A stretch of 64,000 nucleotides of DNA from Candidatus Uhrbacteria bacterium (GCA_963822405.1 CAWGHH010000002.1:198002-262001); one strand, 5' to 3'; counted from the first letter of the stretch, positions 27,218 to 37,165 are shown. Numbers and translations: made by a program. Notes: generated from the letters alone by a model not told the origin.

Positions 27218-27499
27218 ATGAATCAGATCAATGCGCATAAGGTAGGGTTAGTGATCGGGGGAGTGATGGCTGCTTGGCACGCTGTTTGGGCAAGTATGGT
27301 ATTGGTTGGTGTGGCTAAAGCATTTATGGATTGGATTCTTGGCCTGCACTTCATTCAACTCTCATATAGTGTTCAACCATTCAATTTGGTTAATGCGCTT
27401 CTACTGGTGCTCGTTACTGGTGCGATCGGTTACGTCATCGGATACTTTGCTGGTTTCCTTTGGAATACCGCGCACAGGGCATCACACGGGAAAAAGTAA
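27218..27499 (+). CDS. Hypothetical membrane protein (93 aa)
   Basis: Three hydrophobic segments. Confidence 0.4.
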   Translation: MNQINAHKVGLVIGGVMAAWHAVWASMVLVGVAKAFMDWILGLHFIQLSYSVQPFNLVNALLLVLVTGAIGYVIGYFAGFLWNTAHRASHGKK

Positions 27500-27575
27500 T
27501 TCAAAAACACAAAGCGTCGAGCAGTTGCTCGGCGTTTTTGTTTGTTTCAAAAATTTCTGCTAGCATAGGCGCAAT

Positions 27576-28814
27576 ATGCGTGTAGCGATTATTGGGGGAG
27601 GAGCAGCGGGAATGATGTGTGCGGCGAGCATCCATGAGACGGATCCGTCTGCGGAGATTTTTTTGCTTGATAGAAATGATGGCCTAGGCAAAAAAGTAAT
27701 TATCTCTGGTGGTGGTCGATGCAACGTCACTACGGGCATAACCGACGTTAAAACAGTGCTGACCAAATATCCTCGCGGTGGCAAGTTTTTGAGTCACGCT
27801 ATGTACGCGTTTCCGCCGGAGTCAGTGTTCGAGTGGTTCGAGTCCCACGGGGTACCACTCAAGACACAGCCTGATCTGCGAGTGTTTCCGGTGTCGGACG
27901 ACGGTCATGACATTGTTGGCGTGTTCGAGAAGATGTTCGACAACCCAAAAATTCATGTCATGCTCAAGAAGTCTGTCGAGTCTGTCGAAAAACGCGGCAA
28001 TGAGTTCGTCGTCAATACGAAAGATCAAATGGCGCCGGTCATTGTCGATAAGCTCGTGCTCACTACTGGCGGGCAAGCATATCGACAAACTGGTTCGATG
28101 GGCGATGGCTATTCATTTGCGGCTTCGCTCGGTCATTCGATCACACCACTCGCGCCGAGCTTGAATGCGTTCTCGACCAAAGAATCCTGGCCAGCGAAAA
28201 TATCTGGTCTGTCTTTCGAGAAAGTGAAGATAACTGCTAATAGAGAAAAGCATCCAAACTTCACTGGACCATTCTTGTTCACACATAAAGGAATAAGTGG
28301 TCCTGCGGTTTTCGCTTTGTCATCGTTGGTTGCATTTGAGAAGTATGACGCGGCTAATCCGCTTGAGATCACACTCGACATCTTCCCGGATGAAACGCTC
28401 GACGAACTGCGTACTAGGTTCGAAGAAATTTGCGCCGAGAATAGCAACAAACAGTTTAACAATGTTCTCGGTTTATTAATTCCGAAGTCGCTCGCCGAAA
28501 TAGTCGTCGATCAGCTCGATATCTCAACTTCTAAACGAGTGAACCAAGTAGCCAAGAAAGACATTAATCGTTGCTTGATCTACTTGAAGGCAATCCCGCT
28601 TACCGTTATTGGTCGAGGTGCTGGCGATGAGTTTGTGACAGCCGGGGGAGTAAAACTCGACGAGATTAACCCCCAGACAATGGAGTCAAAGATTTGTCCC
28701 GGTCTCTATTTCGCCGGGGAGGTTATGGATGTCGACGGTTTTACCGGCGGGTTCAATTTGCAGGCTTCGTGGGCTACCGGCAGGCTCGCTGGAGAGAGTA
28801 CTATTCGTATATAA
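27576..28814 (+). CDS. NAD(P)/FAD-dependent oxidoreductase, HI0933/BaiN family
   Basis: MRVAIIGGGAAGMM (Rossmann GxGxxG), LGKKVIISGGGRCNVT and a C-terminal GRLAGE are present. Confidence 0.8.
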   Translation: MRVAIIGGGAAGMMCAASIHETDPSAEIFLLDRNDGLGKKVIISGGGRCNVTTGITDVKTVLTKYPRGGKFLSHAMYAFPPESVFEWFESHGVPLKTQPDLRVFPVSDDGHDIVGVFEKMFDNPKIHVMLKKSVESVEKRGNEFVVNTKDQMAPVIVDKLVLTTGGQAYRQTGSMGDGYSFAASLGHSITPLAPSLNAFSTKESWPAKISGLSFEKVKITANREKHPNFTGPFLFTHKGISGPAVFALSSLVAFEKYDAANPLEITLDIFPDETLDELRTRFEEICAENSNKQFNNVLGLLIPKSLAEIVVDQLDISTSKRVNQVAKKDINRCLIYLKAIPLTVIGRGAGDEFVTAGGVKLDEINPQTMESKICPGLYFAGEVMDVDGFTGGFNLQASWATGRLAGESTIRI

Positions 28815-30056
28815 TTGAGAATATTTTGTATGGCCGAATTCTTGAGGCGAGGTGAACGAGTAAGAGAGCGGCAGGAATCTGGCGGACGGGCTGAAATCGT
28901 ACGTGAATTATTTGAAGCTGAGAACATTAAGTCTCGGGTAATCGAGCTTAAGGACGGGACACTATATCGGCAGGCAATAATTTTCTCGCCAGAATCGGTG
29001 AAACAAGATGAGCCCCTTGTTCGGGTGTATCGCGGAATTAATCATTTGGATAAGTCTATACTCCATCAAACCTCGTATGCTTTACGTACTCGGGAGGGTT
29101 CGGGTGGATATATTTCTGAGCTTGAGCATGCACGTGAACAGGTAGAGGCATTAACAGATAATCCGACTCACGAAAATCTCATTCGGTACGTCGAAGCGGT
29201 GTGGCCTGACGTCGCCGATGACGAGGTTGAGCGGCTTGAGTCTGATCTCGAAGCTATAGAAGATGATGTTTTGAACGGCTTGCCTTTACGACTGGCGCTT
29301 GTTCATATGACCTTTGGCCATAATGGAGGAATGTATACAGACACAGGCATTGCGCCGTATATTTCCGCTTCGAGTGACATGAATGAGGCGGCGGGATATG
29401 GCGGCAAAGGGATCATGGTCCTTGACGTGCCAGTTTCGAAAATTGAAGCTTTGACCGGCGGGTCGTCGCGTGAGGTAGCGATTAAGGGCGCGATTCCTAA
29501 AGAATACATTTCAGCCATTTTATTAAAAGAAAATCCCGTTGGGGTTTCGGAAGAGCCGGCAGACGAACTAGCCCTGGTGTCGAAAGTCCTTTCAGACGAG
29601 ATTCCACATGAAGTCATCGAAGGTTCTGCGATTGACCAGCAATTCAGCCACTTACGCGCAGAGGAGGAAGCGAAAGATTCTTTACAACACGAGAAAGACG
29701 TAGCGTCAATCGTTGAGCGTAGATCGAAGCTTGTTTTGTCGAAGTATCCTGATAGTCGTCCGAGTGAGGAAGAAATCGGGCGGCTTGAAACCGGAGAACA
29801 TACTGACAAATATACTGCTACTAGACGAGCCATTTATGACAAGTTAGCCGAACGACTTGAAGCGGCGGGGCGCAAAAAAGAAGACCTGGAAGATTTTTTT
29901 GTCTTTGACCGCCAGCTTGATCGGGAAACGTATACTCAGAAAGATGTTCACTACTCTAGGGCCGAGGTAACGGATAAAATGCTAGCCAAATTGCGTAAAT
30001 TGGTTGTTCGTGAAGAACAATACCGAGCCTCCCGAAAGAGTGCTCTGGGGGAGTAA
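28815..30056 (+). CDS. Hypothetical protein (413 aa)
   Basis: The gene begins at the stop of the upstream flavoprotein gene. It is acidic with no recognisable family. Confidence 0.45.
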   Translation: MRIFCMAEFLRRGERVRERQESGGRAEIVRELFEAENIKSRVIELKDGTLYRQAIIFSPESVKQDEPLVRVYRGINHLDKSILHQTSYALRTREGSGGYISELEHAREQVEALTDNPTHENLIRYVEAVWPDVADDEVERLESDLEAIEDDVLNGLPLRLALVHMTFGHNGGMYTDTGIAPYISASSDMNEAAGYGGKGIMVLDVPVSKIEALTGGSSREVAIKGAIPKEYISAILLKENPVGVSEEPADELALVSKVLSDEIPHEVIEGSAIDQQFSHLRAEEEAKDSLQHEKDVASIVERRSKLVLSKYPDSRPSEEEIGRLETGEHTDKYTATRRAIYDKLAERLEAAGRKKEDLEDFFVFDRQLDRETYTQKDVHYSRAEVTDKMLAKLRKLVVREEQYRASRKSALGE

Positions 30057-30141
30057 GACGGAGACGGACTTGCCAAGAATGAAATTTTCCGCTAAGATTC
30101 GCCAATCACTTTAAGAAACGAGTAGAAACGAGTAAATCATT

Positions 30142-30573
30142 ATGTTTAATAGCTTTAAGGGTAAGAGTGCTGGTGGTTGGAAGGACAAGAAGAAGAGCTA
30201 CGGTGGCAGCGACTCTCGCCCAATGGAGATGCATGAGGCTGTGTGTGCCCAGTGTAACAAGACTTGTGAAGTTCCATTCAAGCCGAATGGTCGCAAGCCA
30301 GTGTTCTGTAGCGACTGCTTCAGACGCGACGAAGGTGGTGAGGAATCTCGCCCATCATTTAGCGAGAAGCGTTCCTTCCGCGATGATCGCGGCGGCGACA
30401 GAGGTTTTGACCGCAGCTTTGATCGTGGTGCAGACCGCGGTTCAGATCGTGCAGAACGTGCTCCAGAGCGCCCAAGCAATGATCGCCAGATGGCCGAAGT
30501 ACTTGGTGAAATGCGTATCATGAACTCTAAGCTCGAATCGATCTTGAAAGCGTTGACCGCAACACAGGAATAG
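30142..30573 (+). CDS. CxxC...CxxC zinc-ribbon protein with an RD/RG-rich disordered tail
   Basis: CAQCNKTCEVPF...PVFCSDCF forms a four-Cys ribbon. RDDRGGDRGFDRSFDRGADRGSDR low-complexity repeats follow. Confidence 0.55.
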   Translation: MFNSFKGKSAGGWKDKKKSYGGSDSRPMEMHEAVCAQCNKTCEVPFKPNGRKPVFCSDCFRRDEGGEESRPSFSEKRSFRDDRGGDRGFDRSFDRGADRGSDRAERAPERPSNDRQMAEVLGEMRIMNSKLESILKALTATQE

Positions 30574-30581
30574 TTCGCAGC

Positions 30582-30666
30582 AAAAACAAAACAACCAGTG
30601 TTGTCGAGAAATTTTTAGGAGGTACTCCGACTCAAATTTCGAGGCAATACTGGTTGTTTTGTTTTT
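30582..30666. repeat. About 85-bp palindromic intergenic repeat, copy A (inverted partner at 52257-52339)
   Basis: The arm aaaacaaaacaaccagt pairs with actggttgttttgtttt, and the loop contains ttaggaggtactcc. The reverse complement matches the second copy almost base-for-base. Confidence 0.7.
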
Positions 30667-30686
30667 GCGGTACAATATAACTAAGT

Positions 30687-32444
30687 GTGAAAGCTAGCTT
30701 ATTTATATTGCCAGGTATTGTCTCTATTTTGTTCATTGCCGGTTTGGCTGGCGTGCCTTTTTGTTTATTGACGGCCATTGCCATAGGCGTGTGTAAAATC
30801 GTTATTGATTCGGCTAGAAGTATTGCAGAGGGCAGATACTCGCTGGACTACATTGCTTTTGCGGCCATGGTCATGTCGCTTTTGACCGGTGAGTATATAG
30901 CAGGTGCAGTAATCGCCTTTATGTTTACGGGTGGAGAAGCTCTTGAGGCCTATGCATCGGCTCGTGCCCATGACGCGCTTAAGACTTTGAGTGAAACTAT
31001 TCCAAAAGTCTGTTTGGTTAGGAGAGGCTCGATTTACGAGGAGGAACCAATCCAAGAAGTTAAAGAAGGACAGATTATTTTGGTGAAAAGAAGTGAGATC
31101 ATCCCGCTTGACGGAACCATTAGTTCTAAAGGTAAAGCCATTTTGAACCTAGCTAATTTGACTGGCGAGGCTGAAGCAGTTACGAGAGAGACTGGAATGT
31201 TCGTGAAAAGTGGTTCGGTGAATGCCGGCGAATCACTGGAGTTGAAAGTGGTGGGTAATTTTTCCTCGTCGACATATCACAAAATCGCCTTACTCGTTGA
31301 AGACGCAAAGATAAATCCGGCGCGAACGGTTAGGCTTTCTGAGCAGGCAAATTGGTATTTTACAGCGGCCACATTTCTCATCGCGACTGTTACTTACTTA
31401 GCGTCTGGTGATATTGATCGAGTGTTGTCCGTGCTCGTGATTGCTACTCCGTGCCCATTGATTATTGCAGCACCAGTAGCTTTTGTGAGTGGTATGTCAC
31501 GGACGGCCAGGGCTGGAATTATTATTCGTAAGCCCGCTGCCTTTGAAGCTATTGCGAAAGCGACTGTCGTATTTTTTGATAAGACTGGAACATTGACTCT
31601 TGGCGAGCCGGTGCTGACTGAGGTTGAAATAACTTCGAAGAACAGCGCGGTCAAATCGATAGATGACGCATTACGGATTGCGGCCGGAATTGAAATTCAT
31701 TCATTGCATCCTTTGGCTCGAACCTTAGTGGCTGAGGCAACTAAGCGCGAGATAGCTTTTCCGGTGGCCGGCATGGTGCGTGAGTTGATCGGTAAGGGAA
31801 TTGCTGGCTCGATAAACGGAAAAACATATTCTATTAGTCGAGCCGAAAATGCGAAAGGCGCAATTTCGCTCTCATTGCTTGAGGGAACTTCTGAGCTCGC
31901 CAGATTCCACTTTGCTGACGTACTTAAGGAAGGCGCAGTCGAGCTACTTGCGGCTTTGAAGGCTCGGGGCATTCGGGCAGTGGTCATTACTGGTGACAAA
32001 AAAGAAAATGCAAAACGAGTGTTTAAGGGTACCGGGATTGAAATCTTTGCCGAGCAGTCACCAGAAGATAAGCACCGGTTAATTGATAATGCCAAGAAGA
32101 AGGGGGAGACCGTGGTGATGGTGGGCGATGGAATAAATGATGCTCCGGCTCTGGCTCGCGCGGATGTTGGGATAGTTTTTTCTGGTACTGAGAACGGGGT
32201 CTCTATAGAGGCGGCTGATGTGGCAGTTCTTGGTCACGGCATTGAGAAACTATTCGCCCTGTTTCTGATTTCTCGACGAACAGTCTCCGTTGCCAGGGAA
32301 AGTATTTACGGCGGTATTGGTTTATCAACTATTGGTATGCTCTTTGCGGCGTTTGGCTATCTCCCGCCAATCTCCGGAGCGCTAATCCAGGAGGGCATAG
32401 ATGTGATAGTTATTTTGAACGCTCTTCGTGCGTTACGGGGCTAG
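30687..32444 (+). CDS. Heavy-metal translocating P1B-type ATPase (no N-terminal metal-binding domain)
   Basis: The CPC motif (ATPCPLIIAAP), DKTGTLT, HP (SLHPLA) and GDGINDAP are present. The track start is a GTG. Confidence 0.75.
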   Translation: MKASLFILPGIVSILFIAGLAGVPFCLLTAIAIGVCKIVIDSARSIAEGRYSLDYIAFAAMVMSLLTGEYIAGAVIAFMFTGGEALEAYASARAHDALKTLSETIPKVCLVRRGSIYEEEPIQEVKEGQIILVKRSEIIPLDGTISSKGKAILNLANLTGEAEAVTRETGMFVKSGSVNAGESLELKVVGNFSSSTYHKIALLVEDAKINPARTVRLSEQANWYFTAATFLIATVTYLASGDIDRVLSVLVIATPCPLIIAAPVAFVSGMSRTARAGIIIRKPAAFEAIAKATVVFFDKTGTLTLGEPVLTEVEITSKNSAVKSIDDALRIAAGIEIHSLHPLARTLVAEATKREIAFPVAGMVRELIGKGIAGSINGKTYSISRAENAKGAISLSLLEGTSELARFHFADVLKEGAVELLAALKARGIRAVVITGDKKENAKRVFKGTGIEIFAEQSPEDKHRLIDNAKKKGETVVMVGDGINDAPALARADVGIVFSGTENGVSIEAADVAVLGHGIEKLFALFLISRRTVSVARESIYGGIGLSTIGMLFAAFGYLPPISGALIQEGIDVIVILNALRALRG

Positions 32445-32463
32445 CTGATATGATGAACGGGTA

Positions 32464-33789
32464 ATGGCTAAGCAAATAACAATTTCTAGACTTGGGCTAC
32501 TCGCAGGAACGCTAGCGATAGTTTTTCAGGTTCCTTTTGTTGCTAAAGCCGGAGACACGCCTTCAGCGCTTCAAGCGCAGCTTCAAGAAATAGAGAAACA
32601 AATTATTGCAGATAAGCTAGAGATAAAACAGACGCAGGGGCAAGCAAAGACTTTAGCAAACAAGATTGCCACCCTCACTAAACAGCGAGCGGTATTGCAA
32701 TTGCAAATGCAACAAACTGAAATTTCATTACTAGATGTTGAAAATAGATTACAAGATACTCAGATTGCTATTGGGGACGGAGAAAAACAGACGCAGGCGC
32801 TTCGTGAGCGGTTATCCACGCTCATTAGGCATATTAATGTTGCTGATAATAAATCGTTTATCTATTCTGTAATTTCGAGCAAAGATATTCTTGAGGTGAT
32901 AACAACTACTGAAGAGTACGGCAGACTTACGAATGATCTGAGCACAGCCGTGTCAAACGCTAAAGAACAAACGGCTAGGTTAAAAATTCAGGAAGAAGAG
33001 CTAGCCATACAGCAGGAGGACGCGAGTAATCTGCAGAAACTTCGAGGTATTCAGCAGTCTTCTATTCAGTCTAGTGTTGGCGAGCAGAAAACTTTGTTAA
33101 CGGAAACTAGGGGGCAGGAGGCCATTTATCAAGCTGAGCTTGGTGATCATAAGGCGCAAGCCGCGGCTATCAGAAACAGAATTTACGAAATGTTGGACAC
33201 CGGCAATACACACATTACTTTTGGCGAGGCGGTGAAAATTGCTACTTGGGTGCAGTCGGCCACTGGAATAGAGCCAGCATTTCTTTTGTCAGTCCTAACG
33301 CAAGAGTCGAATCTCGGTTCAAATGTCGGCACTTGTAATCGAGTTGGTGATCCGCCGAGTAAGAATTGGAAAGTAGTCATGAAGCCAACTCGTGACCAAG
33401 AACCATTTTTGAAAATCATGGAAGCGCTTGGCCGAAGTCCAGAAGGCACGCCTATCTCTTGCCCAATGCATGACAAGTCGGGGGAGCAAATTGGTTGGGG
33501 CGGTGGCATGGGACCAGCGCAGTTCATTCCGTCTACTTGGATTGGCTACTCGACCAAAGTAACAAACATAACCGGCAAAGCTGCTGATCCTTGGGATATT
33601 CGGGACGCGTTCATTGCTGCTGCCATTAAATTAACAAACGACGGTGCCTCCACCGGTACAGACGAAGGCGAATGGAACGCTGCCATGCGCTACTTCAGTG
33701 GTTCGACGAATACGCGGTTTCGTTTTTACGGGGATCAAGTAATGACGAGAACTGAGCAATACAGACAGGATATTAAAGAGCTAAATTAA
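32464..33789 (+). CDS. Secreted coiled-coil protein with a C-terminal lytic-transglycosylase-like domain
   Basis: A signal peptide is followed by a long Q-rich coiled-coil. The C-terminal LTQESNLG...GMGPAQFIPSTW resembles SLT-domain motifs (ES.. / GLMQ..p.TW). Confidence 0.5.
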   Translation: MAKQITISRLGLLAGTLAIVFQVPFVAKAGDTPSALQAQLQEIEKQIIADKLEIKQTQGQAKTLANKIATLTKQRAVLQLQMQQTEISLLDVENRLQDTQIAIGDGEKQTQALRERLSTLIRHINVADNKSFIYSVISSKDILEVITTTEEYGRLTNDLSTAVSNAKEQTARLKIQEEELAIQQEDASNLQKLRGIQQSSIQSSVGEQKTLLTETRGQEAIYQAELGDHKAQAAAIRNRIYEMLDTGNTHITFGEAVKIATWVQSATGIEPAFLLSVLTQESNLGSNVGTCNRVGDPPSKNWKVVMKPTRDQEPFLKIMEALGRSPEGTPISCPMHDKSGEQIGWGGGMGPAQFIPSTWIGYSTKVTNITGKAADPWDIRDAFIAAAIKLTNDGASTGTDEGEWNAAMRYFSGSTNTRFRFYGDQVMTRTEQYRQDIKELN

Positions 33790-33859
33790 TAAGTTTTTCG
33801 CTAAAATTAGCCAAATAGACCTTGACAAAAGGCCTATTTTTTGCTACTATAATAAGGTA

Positions 33860-35002
33860 TTGCAGTTTACTCACTACTTGGAGGTTCCCGTGAAGTTCTT
33901 GTTTGTACTTGTTGCTCTCGTCGGCTGTCACAGTCAACCGACGGACACCGAGGAGACCGACTCGGATATGACGGTTGACACGACCGATACCGACGTGGCG
34001 CCTGTCGGCTGCGACAACGTGATGACGTTTGACGGAGATTCCAACGGCGACGCCGACGGCATTCCTGAGAACGTGATGACGCAGACATTCGTGAATGGAC
34101 TTCCGATTCGGTACGTGCAGGTGCAGTACTTCGCCGGTATCACGGTCGTGAACGAGCTCACGCACGACGAGGACGGTCGGTATCTCGGTTACGTCACTAC
34201 CTCCTACCCGTGTGTCGACTGCGACTTCACGAGCGTGGAAGGCGTCATCACGGACGTCTACACCAGGGAGTACCTTGACGCGCAGAACGCGATCCGGGAG
34301 ACGTTCGAAAGTGACACTTACCCGGATTACAGTCGCTCGGATCTGTACTTCTTCAATGAGGATGATCAGATTGTCCGAGTGGAGTCAGACTCGCCACTCG
34401 ATGGCGTGGTGGACGGCGTGTATACGTACACGTACAACGAACACGGCGACATGTTGTCCGTGACGGTTGAGAGCCCGGACGGGCTCTGGCCGACGCAGAT
34501 TCACACGTGGCGTTATGACTCCTCAAACCGAATGATTCGGGACGAGGATGATTCGCAGCTCACGTTCTGGATCTACGCGTCCAACGACCGGTCGTACTAC
34601 ATGGCCAAGCAGTGGAAGCCGCTACATGATTATCCGGATAGCGTGCAATACGCGGATCTGGACGAGAACGGGCGGTGGACCTACATGGAATACGACGGAA
34701 ACGCAGACGGCGTTATTGACGACGCGTACTACCAATCGTACGACCTCGCCGGTCGGGTAATCCTCATGCAGGGAGACCGAAACGCCGATGAAGTAATCGA
34801 CAGTTCCGAATCCTTCACCTACGACCAGGGTGGGCACTTGCTCACGGACGTAGCGGACAACGCCCCGTACGACGGAACCCCGGACGATGTGCAAACCTGG
34901 ACGTACGACGCGTACGGCCGGGAGATCATCTGGGAGTCCAACTGGCCGGTGGACAGCATCATCGACCAGCGTCAGACTTGGACCTACGACTGCGCGCCCT
35001 AA
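33860..35002 (+). CDS. YD-repeat-like lipoprotein encoded in a GC-rich island
   Basis: Lipobox LVGC-HS is present. The protein is acidic with recurring TYTYNEHGDML, TFTYDQGGHLL, TWTYDAYGREI and TWTYDC units (YD/Rhs-like). The gene is visibly GC-rich and produces many spurious alternative-frame ORFs. Confidence 0.6.
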   Translation: MQFTHYLEVPVKFLFVLVALVGCHSQPTDTEETDSDMTVDTTDTDVAPVGCDNVMTFDGDSNGDADGIPENVMTQTFVNGLPIRYVQVQYFAGITVVNELTHDEDGRYLGYVTTSYPCVDCDFTSVEGVITDVYTREYLDAQNAIRETFESDTYPDYSRSDLYFFNEDDQIVRVESDSPLDGVVDGVYTYTYNEHGDMLSVTVESPDGLWPTQIHTWRYDSSNRMIRDEDDSQLTFWIYASNDRSYYMAKQWKPLHDYPDSVQYADLDENGRWTYMEYDGNADGVIDDAYYQSYDLAGRVILMQGDRNADEVIDSSESFTYDQGGHLLTDVADNAPYDGTPDDVQTWTYDAYGREIIWESNWPVDSIIDQRQTWTYDCAP

Positions 35003-35025
35003 GCGCTGACAGCCATTAGGTCCGC

Positions 35026-35060
35026 GAACGCCCCTGCACCAGTTGCACGGGGCGTTTTTC
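35026..35060 (+). terminator. Rho-independent terminator
   Basis: The hairpin acgcccctgcaccagttgcacggggcgt is followed by ttttt. Confidence 0.55.
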
Positions 35061-35108
35061 TTTTATGGTGAAGAGATGCTACGATGTTTGAAATTTCAAA
35101 TTCATATT

Positions 35109-35666
35109 ATGGACTTCGGCAAACAAGCAATCATCATTCACGGCAAAGGGAGCGGGAATCCTAATTCAGGTTGGTATCAGCATGTAGCGAAAGAGCTTAC
35201 TAAACTTGGCATAGATGCGATCTATGAGGCGTTCCCAGAGCCAAACACGGCGCGGGAGCGAGATTGGTTGCCGTTCATAGCTGAGCTTGGGGCTGACGAG
35301 AATACTATTTTGATCGGCCATTCTACGGGCGCCGTCGCAGCCATGCGATACGCGGAGGAGAACGAAATCCTCGGCTCTGTCCTGGTTGCGCCTTGTTACA
35401 CGGACCTTGATGATGAGAGCGAACGTGAGAGCGGATATTTTGACCGTCCATGGGATTGGGACGCCATCAAAAAGAACCAATCTTGGATTATTCAGTTTTC
35501 TTCTACGGATGACCCATTGATTCCCATTGAGGAAGCCAGGCACATTCACCAGGCTCTTGATACTGAATATGTCGAGTTCACAGACCGTGGACATTTTGGC
35601 TATCCAAAAAAGATGACCGAGTTCCCGGAGCTTGTTTCAGCCGTTAAAGAGAAGTTGAAGAAGTAA
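35109..35666 (+). CDS. Alpha/beta serine hydrolase, RBBP9/YdeN-like
   Basis: IIIHGKGSGNPNSGWYQHV and the nucleophile elbow LIGHSTGA are present. The start was taken at the ATG at 35109 within track ORF 35043..35666. Confidence 0.65.
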   Translation: MDFGKQAIIIHGKGSGNPNSGWYQHVAKELTKLGIDAIYEAFPEPNTARERDWLPFIAELGADENTILIGHSTGAVAAMRYAEENEILGSVLVAPCYTDLDDESERESGYFDRPWDWDAIKKNQSWIIQFSSTDDPLIPIEEARHIHQALDTEYVEFTDRGHFGYPKKMTEFPELVSAVKEKLKK

Positions 35667-35729
35667 TAATTTAGATGCTTCTAATTTGTTCGGCTATAAT
35701 AGGCCAAACGAACTCTTTTATTATTTCTT

Positions 35730-37034
35730 ATGTCCAAGATTTCAAATATTCACGCCCGGGAAATCCTTGACTCGCGCGGGAACCCAACAGTTGAGGTCGA
35801 CCTCGTGATCGACAGTGGTGAGCTCGTGCGGGCGAGTGTGCCAAGTGGGGCGTCGACGGGTAAGCGTGAGGCGGTAGAACTGCGTGACGGCGACAAGAAG
35901 CGGTATGCCGGGCAGGGCGTTTTGAAAGCAGTGAATAATGTGAACACGGAACTCACAAAGCTTGTCACTGGTCAGAATCCACTCGAACTTGAGAAAATCG
36001 ACAAGCTGATGATCGACCTCGACGGTACAGAGAACAAGGGACGACTCGGCGCGAACGCGATTCTTGGCGTGTCCATGGCAGTTTTGAAGGCTGCGGCGGC
36101 TGTGTCGAACGTTCCTCTGTACCAGTACATCAAGGAAAAATACCGACCAAACACGCCGTACATCATGCCGGTGCCGATGTTCAACATTTTGAATGGTGGT
36201 TTGCACGCTGAAGGTTCGTCCGACTTCCAGGAATACAAGATCGCTGCTATTGGCGCGCCGAGCCTTACCGAAGCAGTTCGTTGGAGCGCGGAAGTATTCC
36301 ATGTATTGAAAAAGTTATTACATGATCGTGGACTCACGACCACCGTCGGTGATGAGGGCGGTTTTGCGCCCGCCATGAAATCGAATGACGACTACCCGCA
36401 GATCATTGTCGAAGCAATTGAAAAGGCGGGCTACAAACCAGGCAAGGACATCTTCCTCGCCCTTGATCCAGCGTCTAGTTCGTTTTACGACGACGGTAAA
36501 TACACTTTGAAGCGTGATGGTCGAGTGTTAAATTCGGACGAGATGATTGCGTTTTGGGCAGACTGGATTAGCAAGTACCCGATTATTTCTATTGAGGATG
36601 GACTCGGTGAAGATGATTGGGATAACTGGAAGAAGCTTTATGCAACGCTCGGCAAGAAAATTCAAATCATGGGCGACGACTTGCTGGTAACAAATCCAAA
36701 GATCATCAAGAAGGCGATCGCTGACAAGCTCGCAAACTCAGCGTTGATCAAGATTAACCAGATCGGTTCGATGTCAGAGACCATCGAGGCAGTAACCCTC
36801 GCGCAAGCTGCTAAATGGTCGGCGGTTGTGTCACATCGCTCTGGCGAAACCGAAGATACAACTATCGCTGACCTCGTCGTTGGCCTCGGCACCGGCATGA
36901 TCAAGACTGGTTCTGCGAGCAGGTCAGAACGTGTAGCGAAGTACAACCAGTTAATGCGCATAGAAGAAGAGCTCGGCGAAAAGGCCGGTTATCCAGGGAT
37001 GAAAGCATTCGACAATATCAAGAATGTTTCCTGA
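35730..37034 (+). CDS. eno: Enolase (phosphopyruvate hydratase)
   Basis: MSKISNIHAREILDSRGNPTVEV... and SHRSGETED are present. Length is 434 aa. Confidence 0.95.
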   Translation: MSKISNIHAREILDSRGNPTVEVDLVIDSGELVRASVPSGASTGKREAVELRDGDKKRYAGQGVLKAVNNVNTELTKLVTGQNPLELEKIDKLMIDLDGTENKGRLGANAILGVSMAVLKAAAAVSNVPLYQYIKEKYRPNTPYIMPVPMFNILNGGLHAEGSSDFQEYKIAAIGAPSLTEAVRWSAEVFHVLKKLLHDRGLTTTVGDEGGFAPAMKSNDDYPQIIVEAIEKAGYKPGKDIFLALDPASSSFYDDGKYTLKRDGRVLNSDEMIAFWADWISKYPIISIEDGLGEDDWDNWKKLYATLGKKIQIMGDDLLVTNPKIIKKAIADKLANSALIKINQIGSMSETIEAVTLAQAAKWSAVVSHRSGETEDTTIADLVVGLGTGMIKTGSASRSERVAKYNQLMRIEEELGEKAGYPGMKAFDNIKNVS

Positions 37035-37112
37035 GTCATCCTGAGCAGAGCGAAGGATCTGATTGGTTAACCATTCAGATCCTTCGTCCCGTCGGACGGG
37101 ACTCAGGATGAC
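37035..37112 (+). ncRNA. Structured 3'UTR element after eno (nested multi-stem palindrome), followed by a T-run terminator
   Basis: The outer stem gtcatcctgag/ctcaggatgac encloses stem gaaggatctg/cagatccttc (with a ggttaacc hairpin) and hairpin cccgtcggacggg. The tract gggtttaaaaccttggtttttttt follows at 37120-37140. Confidence 0.4.
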
Positions 37113-37165
37113 TGAACGAGGGTTTAAAACCTTGGTTTTTTTTGCTGTGATAGAATGTCGCCACT

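Noticed and set aside
30167-30523. ORFs 30167-30523 (+) and 30198-30521 (-) overlapping the zinc-ribbon gene
   Set aside because: The zinc-ribbon frame has the Cys ligands and repeat periodicity. The others are by-products of the GC-rich RD/RG repeat region.
33867-34894. Five alternative-frame ORFs (33867-34088, 33934-34161, 34212-34463, 34548-34760, 34622-34894)
   Set aside because: Same artefact of the GC-rich YD-repeat gene. Their translations are low-complexity R/T/S-rich.
35742-36376. Antisense ORFs inside enolase (35742-36302, 35750-35968, 35972-36376 minus)
   Set aside because: They sit fully within the strongly supported eno CDS and have no motifs. Open frames opposite highly expressed genes are common.
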